Below, piece after piece: positions 52,401 to 64,000 of a stretch of 64,000 nt of DNA (the stretch's first letter is position 1; each line of letters begins with the position of its first letter). Source of the stretch: Mobula hypostoma (taxonomy: Eukaryota). Under the pieces are notes generated by a model, which saw only the letters and a list, made by a program, of their open reading frames with translations, was not told the DNA's origin and made no database searches. Location of the stretch: assembly GCF_963921235.1 (NCBI RefSeq), contig NC_086097.1, positions 149,422,001 to 149,486,000 of the forward strand, given 5' to 3'. The position numbers and the translations under genes were made by a program.

Positions 52401-52490
52401 CTGTTTTTGGCAGAATCTCAGTTGGTGTGGAGGCACACAGAAGTGAGATAAATCAGCTAGTTGAGTAATGTTGCATCAACGACCTTGCAC

Positions 52491-54960
52491 ACTTATGTTT
52501 GTTCTTAATAAAGACAAAACTGGCCTGGGTAAATGCTAGAACATTTTATTCTGAACGGCTTGAGCTCAACATTGAGCATGTGCGATCATGTTATTATCGA
52601 AGCTTCTGGTTGTATTGTCCACTGGGAACTGAGGTTCTTTGTTATGCACACATATAATAACACGTCTTCTACTTTTAAAGAAAAACAGACACAATACTAT
52701 GTCCTCATAAACCTGCAAGACACAATAATCCTTTCCAACAAAGGTATCTACATTAACTTCAAGTGTAATGAGTAAATACAGTCCCTTATCCACTCAGCAA
52801 CTTTCAATAAGTCTCTGAAGTGGTTTAATGATCCTTTTTGGTCTGCTGTTTGTTTCCACAGATGGATTGCTTTCATTTGCTGTGTTAATATTAGTGACTT
52901 TCTAAGAACTCTGATCAACATGTTCATTTCTTTCACATCCTCCTGTCAAGATCCTGTCTGTTTTTCTTACTGTGTGACCATAATTCACTCTACATGCCTC
53001 ATAATGGAGCCCTGGACTACATCCATGTGATCAGTGAATCTTTGCATAAGTTGCAGCTGATTCTGTCTCAATTCATAGAGCTCTCTCTGTTGTCTGCATG
53101 TCATAGCAACTCTTCCTGTTGGTTTGTATTGAGTTATTGTTGCTGTTCTGATATTTGGGCCTGTGATGTCTCCCCATCTTCCTTTTTATTTTTCCTTTTC
53201 AACTGGAGATGATTGTGGAGATCATTTTGATTTCCACTCTTTAACTGGAAGCTGATGAGACAGATTTTGAACCACAGCTGCATGATGTGGAAGCAAGACT
53301 GACAGCTTCTTCATCATGATCACTCTGTTCAGCAATGGCATCCTGACCGTCATGCTAGTGTAGCTGGTACAGATGTCTATGGGAAGTAGAGTTTTGTGCT
53401 TCTCTTCCATAACCTCTCTGAAGCTCTCATGGATGAGTTGTGTTACATCAGGTAAGCATCTGAGCCCCTCAAAGATATCTGGGAACACTTCTGAGTGTTG
53501 AGCCGTCATCTTTGGTCTGTAAGCCACTACAAAAACTTTTTCACCAGGTTGAGCTTTTTGCATGCCCTTGTACTTGCTTTTTTACAATCAGTAGCTGTGC
53601 CTTTAGGTGTGACCCTTTCTGTTTTAAAGGTCACTACACAGCCCACTTTTATCAGAACATTCTAGTATAGACTGTCACTTTTAACTTCACTGGATAAATC
53701 TTGCTCTTTACTTGGTGTGTCTTGTAATGATTCATGGATAACAGATTCCCCTGCACTCTGGTGTCAAGCTTGTGTCATTCAGTCACTGGAACAATCCATT
53801 CTGTTTTACCAGCACCAGAAGTCTGTAGAGAATCCATAAAGGTCCTCCATTTCCTCATCAACCGTGTGCACCTTTCTCTTGGTGGCCCCAGCTTTACAGT
53901 ACTTTGCAAAATTATTCTTCCTCCCACAATTATTGCAGGACTTGCTATAAGCAGGACACAACTTTGGAATGTGCCTACCTCCGCATTTGCTGCATTTGCT
54001 CTTTGAACCTGTCTCTTTGCTTTGCTGTTGCTTTGAGAAACACCTTGTGCTTTGTTCCTCTGTTTGCCCAACATGCACTGTTGTCTGCCTCGTGCAGCAC
54101 CTTAGCTTGCGCTCGTGTGGACTCTGCTGCCCTGCACATATCCACAGCCTTTTCCAGCATCAAAAACTTTTTCGCAGAGAAATCTTTCTCTGAGCCCACT
54201 ATCTGGGGTTCTGCAAACTATCCTGTCTCTGCTAGTGGGTCTCTCAAATCTCCATACTCACAGGATTTACTCAGTGTGTGAAGCTCAGCTAAGTATTGGT
54301 CAAAGCTAGCACCTTGTTTCTGCTCACAAGAAAAATGCTTATATCTCTTCAATGAGAGGGACAAAATTCTCCTCAAGTTTTGTCATTAGAGTGCCCAATG
54401 TAAAGGCTGTCTCATCAATTTGAAAGCTATTGTAGATGTCCAAACATCTTCACCAATTACACTTACAAAATAGACGCATTCAATTTTTCATCGGTCCCTA
54501 CTGCTCTGGTAGCCGCTAAATATATATTGAGTTGCTGTTTGAAGCATTTCCAGTTGGATCAGTAAGATTGCCTGAAAACTGCATAGGAGGGGTGGGGGGA
54601 AGACTTGGCTTATCCACGCTTTATGGCTTCTCACCTGAATTTTTGGTGAATCCATTGAACTGCTGAACTTTGGGACCAATGTGCTCTCTCACCTTGCTGT
54701 CCTTTCGCACATTTCACAGTAACTACCTCAACCATGCATGGTATTCATTTACTCTCCATGTTTAGACCAGACACCATGTTATGTTCGCTCTTAAGGACAA
54801 ACCTGGTGTGGGTAAATGCTAGAACTTTTTATTTTGAACAGCTCTAGCTCAACACTGAGCGCGTACGGCCAGGTCACGATCAAAGCTACTGATTCTGGGT
54901 GAACTGCTCGCTTTACCCACTGGGAACTGAAGTTCTTTATTATGCGCACATATAATAGCA
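52491..54960 (-). mobile_element. Internally deleted Gypsy (Mag-like) LTR retrotransposon with both LTRs
   Basis: Direct repeats 52491-52662 and 54777-54960; PBS-like TGGTGTC next to the 5' LTR; purine tract next to the 3' LTR; gag double zinc knuckle CSKCGGRHIPKLCPAYSKSCNNCGRKNNFAKYC. Confidence 0.85.
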
Positions 54961-54965
54961 CACAC

Positions 54966-55690
54966 ACACGACATCAGTAAGATCAAAGAAGTGATTGTGG
55001 ACTTCAGGAAGGGGAAGATGAGAGAACACACAACAGTCCTCATCGAGGGATCAGCAGTGAGAAGAGTGAGCCGTTTCCTGGGTGTCAATGGCTCTGAAGA
55101 CCTCCCCTGGGCCTAACATATTGATGGAATTACGAAGAAGGCACTACAGTGACTATACTTCATTAGGAGCTTATGGAGATTGGATATGTCACCAAAGCCT
55201 CTCGCAAATTTTATAGGTGTGCTGTGGAGAGCATTCTAACTTGTTGCATTATTATTTGATATGGAGAGGCCACCACACAGGATTGGAAAAAGCAACAGAC
55301 TGTTGCAAACTCAACCAGTTCCATCGTGGGCATTTGCCTCCCCAGAATCAAGGACATCTTCAAAAGGCAATGCTTCAAAAAGACAGCATCCATCAAAAAG
55401 GACTTCCATCACCCAGGACATGTCCTTGTTACCATGAAGGGAGAAGTACAGAGCCTGAAGACATACACTAAAGTTTCAGGAACAGCTTCTTCCCTTCTGC
55501 AATCAAATTTCTGAATGGACAATGAACCCATGAACACTACCTCAGTACTTTCCCCCTCTTTTTGCACTGCATACTTATTTACTGTATTAATATTTTAATT
55601 TATAGCTTTTATTATGTATTGTAATGTACTACTGCTGCAAAGCAACAAATTTCATGACATATGCCAGAGATATTAAACCTTTTGTGATAA
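54966..55690 (+). mobile_element. Rex1/Babar LINE 3' part (its upstream part, about 52370-52490, is split off by the Gypsy insertion)
   Basis: DTTVFGRIS...EINQLVE.C..NDLA | ISKIKEVIVDFRKG...FLGV...VESILTCCI. Confidence 0.78.
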
Positions 55691-56763
55691 ATATTTGTCA
55701 CTAACCTATCCCAAGTCAAAGATGGTGAAAGAAAAAGGAGCATTCGGGGATGGGTCATTTAAAACTGAAGAAAAAATGGAAGTTGGCAATATCATGTGTC
55801 TAGAGTGCTCATTGACAGTGCCTCATGGTGATTACTACATCCCTTTGCACAGATTATGAGTAAAGGGATGAAACCAGTAATCTCCAGACACCTGTCATCT
55901 GGGGTCAGAGTGTTGAGTTAACTTTAATTCTAGAAGCTGAAACCATAATAGTGTGGTCTAGGAGTTTTATATGTTTACACCTTGACCACACTGTTGGTCT
56001 CCTGAGAGGCCACCTTGAGTGTAACATATCGTTCCACTTCCGAGCCTGGCTTCTCATGAAGCACACTTACCTGTACTTCACCACCACCTGTCCCAGATTC
56101 CTTGCAATTTGGAGGAACAGCTTGAAGCCTTTTCATCAGAAGTTAAAGCTTCCTATGTGTTGTCAAAGACATGTGATGTGGATACAAAAAGAAATGATGC
56201 AGGCAGTCAGACTGCAGCACTAAGAAGACACTATAATATGCAATAGGCATACAAGTGGATCTAAGGTGTTTAACTTGATAGGCACATATTGTTCTTTAGG
56301 ACATTTATGTATTGTCTGGTTTAATCATGTCATGAACTATTTTCAAGACGCTACCAGAATTCAAATAATTCTCAATTTGGATGCATTACAATATGCAAGG
56401 GTATTTGATTCCAATGACGCAGTAATACCTTCCTAATTAGGACACTAATTACATGCATTTCATGTCAATATACTTGAGGTCACCTTTAAATAGCTACCAG
56501 CCATTGTGGGATGATTTTCAAAGGAAAAGGATTGCAGTTTTGCAGAAATATTTTGATTGGTGCCTTAGCTCCATGTAATCCAGTTACATTCCCTCATTTC
56601 CATATTAGGAAATATAAATGGAGGAGAAATATAATGGTTACTTTCGGAGAGTGATTAAAAGTAAGAAATGCTGGAAGCATTCAGCAGTTCAGACAGCAAT
56701 CATGGAAAGAGAAATGGTCAATATTTTAAGTCTGAGGGATCCTTTTAGAGCTGAAATGTTAAC

Positions 56764-58530
56764 GTGCACCCTGATGGACTGCTTATTGTCGCCGGAGATT
56801 TTAACCACGCGAACCTTAAGTCAGTGCCCCCAGATTCCATCAGAACGTGGACTTTGCAACGAGAGGGGAGATTGCATTGGACCTTGTTTACACAGACACT
56901 CCCGACGTGTACCGGGTGGAGCCCCGCCCCCACCTCCGTTACTCAGACCACAGCTCTGTTATGCTAATCCCAGCATACAGACCGCTCGTCAGGCGCTCCA
57001 GACCAGTTCAGAAGCAGGTGAAAACCTGGCCAGCAGGAGGCATCTCTGCTCTCCAAGACTGCTTTGACACACTGACTGGCACATGTTCAGGGAGGCTGCA
57101 ACCGATGGCAACTCTACCAACTTAGAGGAGTACACGGCATCAGTGACTAGCTACATCAGCAAGTGCATTGATGACGTTACCATGGCCAAGACCATCACTA
57201 CACGCGCTAACTAGAACCCATGGATGACCACGGAGGTGTGTGCGCTGCTGAGGACGCATGACTCCACCTTCAGAGCAGGTGACAAGGCAGCCCTAATAAC
57301 AGCGAGGGCCAAGCTGTCCCGGACCATCAGAGAGGCAAAGCATGCACATGCCCAGTGAATCCACAGACACCTCCAGGACACGTGGTGCATGTGGAAGGGC
57401 ATTCAGGACATCAGCTAGAAGACAACACCACCTGCCTGTGCTGGTGATGCCTCCCTCCCAGATGTGTTGAACAACTTCTACGCTCGTTTTGAGGAGCAAA
57501 ATGATGTGGCGGCAAGGAAGACCACCCCTCCTCCAAATGACCAGGTGCTGTGTCTTACCGTGGGTGATGTGAGGAGAACCCTGTGCAGGGTCAACCCACG
57601 GAAGTCTGCTGGACCAGACAATATTCCTGGCAGAGTGCTTAGAGGATGTGCAGACCAGCTAACAGATATTCTCACTGACATCTTCAACATCTCCCTGAGC
57701 GGTGCTGTCATTCCTACATGCTTCAAGGCCACCACCATCGTCCCTGTGCCAAAGAAGTCTTCAGTGTCCCACCTCAACGACTACCATCCCCTTGCACTCA
57801 CATCCACTCACTCACCTGGCGGAGAATCTCATCTGGTCCCTCAACACCAGCTGCATAGCAAAGAAAGCCCAGCAGCATCTCTACTTTCTGCGAAGGCTGA
57901 GAAAAGTCCATCTCTCACCGCCCCCCCCACCCCATCATCACCACATTCTACAGAGGTTGTGTTGAGAGCATCCTGAGTAGTTGCAACACTGTCTGGTTTG
58001 GAAATTGCACCATCTCCGATCGCAAGACCCTGCAGTGGATAGTGAGGTCAGCTGAGAAGATCATCAGGGTCTCTCTTCCCACCATTACAGACATTTACAC
58101 CACACGCTGCATCCGTAAAGCAAACAGCATTATGAAGGACCCCACGCACCCTTCATACAAACTTTTCTCCCTCTTGCCATCTGGCAAGATGCACTGAAGC
58201 ATTGGGGCTCTCACGACCAGACGATGTAACAGTTTCTTCCCCCAAGCCATCAGACTCCTCAATACCCAGAGCCTGGACTGACACCAACCTACTTCCCTCT
58301 ACTGTGCCTATTGTCTTGTTAATTATTTATTGTAATGCCTGCACTGTTTTGTGCACTTTATGCAGTCCTGGGTAGGTCTGTAGTCTAGTGTAGTTTTTGT
58401 GTTGTTTTACGTAGTTCAATGTAGTTTTTGTATTGTTTCATGTAGCACCATGGGCCTGAAAAACATCTCATTTTTACTCTGCACTGTACCAGCAGTTATG
58501 GTTGAGATGACAATAAAAAGTGACTTGACT
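56764..58530 (+). mobile_element. Rex1/Babar LINE with internal deletion of the RT core
   Basis: [72 protein letters not shown]; tail aataaaaagtgacttgact. Confidence 0.9.
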
Positions 58531-58606
58531 ATTTCACTTTCTACAGATTCTGCCTGCTGTTTCCAGCATTCTCTGATTTTTGTTTTGGATTTCCAGCATC
58601 TGCAGG

Positions 58607-59154
58607 TGTCAGGAAATGTAGAGCAGGCTGGACACAAAAGCAGAGCAGCAGAAACGATTTAGTGGTGAGCGATAACTTTAATAATCAACTTCAAAATAAC
58701 AAGCCATGAGGGGCCACAAAACAAGAGAGAACAGAAGCTAAACTCAGAGGGGCTACTGGCTGAGGCTGTCTGGTTTGATGGCTGAACAAGGACTGTGGTT
58801 TAGACTGCAGGTGATGAGTTGGAAAGGAGAGATAGGTGACTCAAAGATTCGATGACATTTTATCATCAAAGTATGTATGCAGTATACAGTCTGGCGATTC
58901 ATCTTTACACAGACGCCCATGAAGAAAAGAAACACCATTCAATGAAAACACCAAACACCCAGTGTGCAAAAAAAAAGGACAAATGACACAAGTGGGGGAA
59001 AAAAGGAGTGAAAAACACAGAATATAAAACATCAACCCACAGAGTCATTGAAACAGTCTAGGAATGTTCAGTTCAGTTCAATTTAGCGCTGTCATTTGTT
59101 GACTCATGTTATCTGGGTGGAGACTGGGAAGCGCTTGCCTGTGCAGGTCTGACA
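58607..59154 (-). mobile_element. Solo LTR (same family as the 43600 Gypsy) interrupted by a short retroposon-tail insertion at 58844-59099
   Basis: TGTCA...TGACA termini; flanks gcagg and gctgg; shares gactgcaggtgatgagttggaaa with about 43622; inner insertion flanked by TGACTCA duplication. Confidence 0.78.
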
Positions 59155-59237
59155 GCTGGTTAAATTTTTTACTTTCATTTAGAATAGGATTATTAGAAAT
59201 TATATTTTATGTAGAGTTTGCATTTTTGTTTCTGCAG

Positions 59238-59392
59238 GAATCCACATATTTCAGGTGGCTCAGGTTCGGACACAATTTCAGCTCGACTTGCCCTCTGGGA
59301 AAGCCTGTAGCAGTGATTATTCAGGATTATTGAAGGCATTTAACACCTTCATCGCAGATGATCTGACAGCTAGAGGATTCTGTCAACTTCAG
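59238..59392 (+). CDS. TG: TG coding exon (exon 18 equivalent), 155 nt, contains hormonogenic site D Asp-Tyr
   Basis: ctgcag|GA ATC CAC...CTT CAG|gtctgt; RIHIFQVAQVRTQFQLDLPSGKACSSDYSGLLKAFNTFIADDLTARGFCQLQ. Confidence 0.94.
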
Positions 59393-59789
59393 GTCTGTGT
59401 ATACAAATCGTCCAGCTGTTTTCTGACTTTCTCCTGATGGTGTTACTTATAGGTATTGGCAATTCTTAAATATCTTCCACAAAGATCCAAGTGCTGAGTG
59501 TTAAAGTGGACATGTGAGCTTGGGCCTGCTGTCACTCAATATGTAAACGTTTATGTTGACCAGCATAAGAAACCAGATAATGATCAGCAGCTGGAGACAG
59601 CTTCAGTATGCTTCATTTTTATCTTATAACCATCAAGTGCTTTATTATTAACTAAAAATAGTTGGACTAATTAACCTCTCGGGCTAGTCAGCCCCAGCTC
59701 CCTTCTGGCTAAGCAGAACAGTGAATGTTCCTCAGAAAGACAGTAGATTGTACTGTAGTTCTTCCAGGTTGTATGGGCTGATGAATAAT

Positions 59790-60102
59790 CTAAAAACAAA
59801 TACAGCATATTCTGGAAATCTGAAATTAAACAAATGCTGGAAATACTCAGCAGGTCAGGCAGAATCTGTCGAGCAAGAAAGAGTTAACATTTCCAATTAA
59901 TGACTAGTTAGGTTTTCAAAGATGACGTTGTTTAATTTGGTATGTAGTGTAAAGTACAGTTTAAATCTGGGCAATCCCTAACTACTATTTAGTGAGGTCA
60001 TCAACCTGAATGAGGACCTCTTTCTTTCTCTCCATAGGTGCTGTCTGACCCACTGAGAATTTCTACAATTTCACATTTTTATTTTGGGTTTCCAGCATCT
60101 GC
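59790..60102. mobile_element. Old inverted pair of PLE-like tails
   Basis: aatgctggaaatactcagcaggtcaggcag ... ctgtctgacccactgagaatttc...ttccagcatctgc. Confidence 0.6.
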
Positions 60103-61080
60103 GTGATATCATAGAGTAGAATTAGGCCATTTGGCCCATCAAGTTTGCTCCGCCATTCCATCATAGCTCTCTGCCCAATTCTCCTGCCTTCTCCCTGTAC
60201 TTTATGGAATGAACCCATCAGTATTTTGTAGTATTTTTGAATTTTGTAATTTTAAGCAATTCTATTGCTGGGTGAGAAACCTATAGCTCTGGACTACTAG
60301 ACAGATTCTGTGTTTAGAATCTCAGAGGCAATGGAGAATATTAAAGTAATCTTATTTTGTAAAAATGTTGTTTCTTTCTTCAGAGCTGATATTAGTAACA
60401 TTGAATATGGTGTTACTCATTATCATAAATATCCACTTAGTACACAATCAGTTTGATAGAGGAATAAACCAGCTCTTTCCTTATCTCACCAATATGTGAC
60501 TCCAAATCCAAACCCAGTTCATTAACACATAACCCTTGCAACATCTAAGCTAACAACTCAGTTATAGGACAACAGGTCATGGACCTTTCAGTTATGCACA
60601 TAATCTGAGAATGTAAAGAGAACATAATTTTCAAATAAACTAATGTTGGTACATTCAGTTGAGGTCAATGGAAGTGGAAAATGCTGTCAAAGACGTACTA
60701 CAACTTCTCTTAAATAGCACAAAGAAAGCTCAGATGAGAATATATTGGTAAACATAGCATAAAATGAATATTGAGTGATATACAACAGCCAGAAAATAAT
60801 GGAAACATTCAATACAGGAGACTGTGGTAATTGGTTGATTATTGTCACATGCACCAAAATGTAGTGAAAAACTGTTCTGCATGCTATCTATGCAGATCAT
60901 TTTAAAGCCTCGGTGTATCAAGTTAGGGCAAAGGGAAGGAAAGGGAAAAGTAATAACAGAATACAGAATAGAGTGTTGCAGTTACAAAGAAAGTGTAGTG
61001 CAGGTAGATAAAGTGCAAGGTCATGGCGAGGAATATATCAAGTTTAAAATCCTTAGCCAGATGGTTTTTCTCTTTTTTAG

Positions 61081-61237
61081 GTTTCTGGCCTTGGGGAAAT
61101 GGTGCTGGTTCCTGTCTGTGATAATTCAACTGTGTCGGTTGGATGTTTAAGCATAGACCGTTTAGGAGTGAATGTTACTTGGAAAGTGAACCTTTCAGCT
61201 ATCCCAGCTTCTTCACTCCCTGACCTGCGTGACATAG
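61081..61237 (+). CDS. TG: TG coding exon (exon 19 equivalent), 157 nt
   Basis: ttttag|GTT TCT GGC...GAC ATA G|gtaaat; VSGLGEMVLVPVCDNSTVSVGCLSIDRLGVNVTWKVNLSAIPASSLPDLRDI. Confidence 0.95.
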
Positions 61238-61974
61238 GTAAATTATACTGCTTAATATTTGCACTCATTCACACTCGTATGTGTATCGGTGGCTGCAGGT
61301 AGCCTTTACTAGGTCATGCAACATTTTTGAACATTCAGGGAATTGACATAAAATGCTTAGAAAACAAGTGACTGACTGAATGAATAATATTCACAGGAAG
61401 CTGTTACATGTCTACTATGATTATAAGCACAACTACTATCGATAGTATTTTGATGTAATCATATTCCTTCCATGTTTTCTTCCATTTGGGTAGTTATTTT
61501 ACTTTACATTTACAAATTATTATTGTGCAGCTCATTCCCATTACTCTATAATCCACTTACATTTCTAAAATATTATTAATGTTTTACATTACATATTAAA
61601 TTCATCCTTGTTCCTCCAGTAGCTTATTTTTTTGCTCCAGATTCCAGCATCTGCAGGTTCTTGTGTCAACAGTGTTGGGTGTTGTACTGGGTACTATTAT
61701 ATTCTACAGTTCTATGTTATGTTTTAAATTTCACACATTTCTTAATATCCATCATATTCAGGATGTGTCATGCTGGTCAGATTAAGATTATGAACCAAAA
61801 ACACTGTCTAACTTTAGTTTCCAATAAAGTAAATGAAAATAAAATGGTTATGTGCAAAATAGACCCTGTGTTGGATTGGCAATTTGGGGAAGCTCTGAAC
61901 CATGAAATTACTCCATTTGCACACAGTTGTTGAGTTGGAGCTCAAGATCGTGACATTCTTACCAGTGAAGAGGA

Positions 61975-62545
61975 AAAATCATAGAGTCACAGAGTCATAC
62001 AGCATGGAAACAAGCCTTTCAGCTCAGCTGGCCCATGCCGACCAGGATTCCTATCTAAGTTGTTATCTTTTGCCCATGTATGTCCAAGTAACTAACCACA
62101 TTTGAAAATGTACCTGCCTCAACCAGTTTATTCAATACACTGACCATCTGCTGGTTGCAAATGTTGTCTCTCAGGTCACTATAAAATCTCTTCCCCCCAC
62201 CCCCCCACCTTAAACCTGCGCTCTTGGGGGGAAAAAACTGCACATTCACCCTCTCTATGCACTACACAATTTTATACAACCAAGTGAGATTACATCTCAA
62301 TCTCCTTTTCTTCCTAGAGAAAAGTCACAATCTTCTCCATCTCACCCTATAACTCAATCCTTTGAGTCCCAGCACCGTCCCCGTAGATCTTCTCTGCTTT
62401 CTTTCTAGCTTACTGCCATCTTTCTTATGTCGGGGTGACCAAAACTGAACACAATATTCCCAATGTGGGCTCTCTAAATTCTTGTACAAATTCAACATAG
62501 CATCCCAACTTCGTAACTTCCAACTTAATGCCCTAAATGGTGAAG
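61975..62545 (-). mobile_element. CR1 3' fragment
   Basis: MLNLYKNLESPHWEYCVQFWSP...LERKQRR. Confidence 0.75.
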
Positions 62546-63373
62546 GCAAGTGTTCAACAGCCGCCATCTCCGCCATGTCTAAATATAATGACACAGGGAG
62601 CTGTATATTATACTTGATCACTGTATCTAAAGAGATGGTTTTTGTATTCTACACAATAGTCATGTTAAATTGAGGCGCATAATAAACTGTAAGAGGAATG
62701 AGGGTACGGGAGATTTCACGGAAGAACCATAAAGTTAATCCTAGACAACATATACAATGGAGCAGCTTCCTACTAAACCAAAAGATAGCTTCCAATTCCC
62801 TCTACACAATCATATCAACTCCGTAGCAAACTGGTTAAATAAAAACAGACGGGCAGAATTGATATTTCAGTTCAATGATCTCTCGACTAAATACAGCAGA
62901 GATTTTCCTCTTCTCTGCATTTGGTCAGCATGTGCTCTCTGGGAACAGGGCCACTCACTCTGGCTTCACTCCTGACTGTACTGTCCAAAGTTTCTAATAG
63001 GATTCAAGTGGGCTTATTCCATCAATAAAAGCAGGGCCTTTGAGTTCTGCATAGTCCATGTACATCCTTTTCATTTACTCTCCTTTTTTTGCTCGAACAC
63101 TGAATATGTCGAATTTTTTTTCTCAACCGGCTCAGGGTCTGGTTGCTGGGGGACATGTACAGTATTTAAAATAATAGACAAAAGAGCCTGAGGGGAGTAT
63201 TGGAGACATTTCTTGTGCAAAAAGTCATTGATTTGGAAGGCACTGCCTGAAAAATGGGCAAAGTGGGGGAGAGTGATGTTAATTATGTGTTCTAACAGGA
63301 GGCACAATGAGCATAGTAGACCAGATAACTCTGAGGAAATGTGTAATAAATGGCTTTTTGTTTACATCTGCAG

Positions 63374-63589
63374 AAAATGCCCTGCTGGGAGAAGGTTTAG
63401 TTAAGCGCTTCACTGAACTAATTAACAGTGGAAAGTACCACATCATTTTGAATTCCAAGCAATTTCCAGCAGTGAATAATCCTATGAACAAAGGCCACAA
63501 CATTTCACCCTTCATGGAGCTTGGATGCAGTGATGGCTACCAACGATTTTCAGCTGCTCAGAGAAGCAGAAATGATGTTAATGGATGCA
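63374..63589 (+). CDS. TG: TG coding exon (exon 20 equivalent), 216 nt
   Basis: ctgcag|AA AAT GCC CTG...GGA TGC A|gtaagt; ENALLGEGLVKRFTELINSGKYHIILNSKQFPA...LGCSDGYQRF...NGC. Confidence 0.93.
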
Positions 63590-63782
63590 GTAAGTGTTAA
63601 CACCATTTAAGTCATTACTTGCAAGTTAATATCTCAGCAGTCAGAGAATTCTTTTCAGTGCAGCGCAGAAATAAGTGGCATCTTAACTCTTCATCGACTT
63701 TTATACACCAAACATTTTCCTTGCACTTTTTTGGTACTAAATTCAAATCCATTGCAAACTGAGTGGGGAGGTGGTGGATAAA

Positions 63783-64000
63783 TCTTCCCGGACCTCCTGT
63801 CCCATGATCCTCTCGTATCCCCTTTTGCCTATCACCTGTCCAGCTCTCGGCTCTATCCCTCCCCCTCCTGTCTTCTCCTATCATTTTGCATCTCCCCCTC
63901 CCCCTCCAGCTTTCAAATCCCTTACTCACTCTTCCTTCAGTTAGTCCTGACGAAGGGTCTCGGCCTGAAACGTCGACTGCGCCTCTTCCTATAGATGCTG
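63783..64000 (+). mobile_element. Young Penelope-like terminal repeat copy (runs off the window end)
   Basis: Matches 33150-33367, with 2 mismatches seen in 218 nt. Confidence 0.93.
63943..63978 (+). ncRNA. Minimal type I hammerhead ribozyme motif (identical to 33310-33345)
   Basis: agtcCTGACGAagggtctcggcctGAAAcGTCgact. Confidence 0.85.

Larger units (their letters stand above)
2232..63589 (+). other. TG: Thyroglobulin gene, internal portion (14 coding exons equivalent to human exons 7-20; gene extends beyond both window ends)
   Basis: Spliced exons give one open frame collinear with vertebrate TG: GLELLLDEIYD..., LFGGKFL.NVGQFN, FNFSQFFQQ, YPGSYSDFS, SDYAIRLAAQS, LTARGFCQ.Q, RLGVNVTWK, SLPDL.DI, with repeated QC...CWCVD Tg type-1 motifs. 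Phases are compatible across all 13 introns. Confidence 0.97.

Noticed and set aside
1..64000. CRISPR array, operon, or nested gene such as SLA
   Set aside because: Eukaryotic intronic DNA with no regularly spaced repeats. No SH3/SH2 exons seen; the nested SLA gene of mammalian TG lies in a much more 3' intron.

Overview
Vertebrate nuclear DNA, probably from a cartilaginous fish and likely a ray. That assignment is inferred from the protein divergence and the CR1, Penelope and V-SINE repeat landscape. The whole window lies inside one + strand gene, thyroglobulin (TG). I traced 14 consecutive coding exons, equivalent to human exons 7-20 (3,681 nt, 1,227 codons). All have AG/GT boundaries and compatible phases, and they join into one stop-free frame covering Tg type-1 repeats, the large exon-9 spacer and the site-D hormonogenic Asp-Tyr. 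The introns are dense with transposons: many CR1 LINEs (one near full length, nested in an L2), Rex1/Babar LINEs, a Passport-like Tc1, two Gypsy LTR remnants plus a solo LTR, tRNA-derived SINEs, and Penelope-like elements (PLEs). The most notable signals are: (1) two identical minimal hammerhead ribozyme motifs carried by young PLE copies on the sense strand of the TG pre-mRNA; (2) a Tg type-1 repeat whose CWCV motif is destroyed; (3) a CR1 with an apparent twin-priming 5' inversion; and (4) several nested insertions with readable target-site duplications (TSDs). I see no prokaryotic features and no clearly novel gene system. Human exon sizes, residue numbers and repeat family names are from memory, not from a search.
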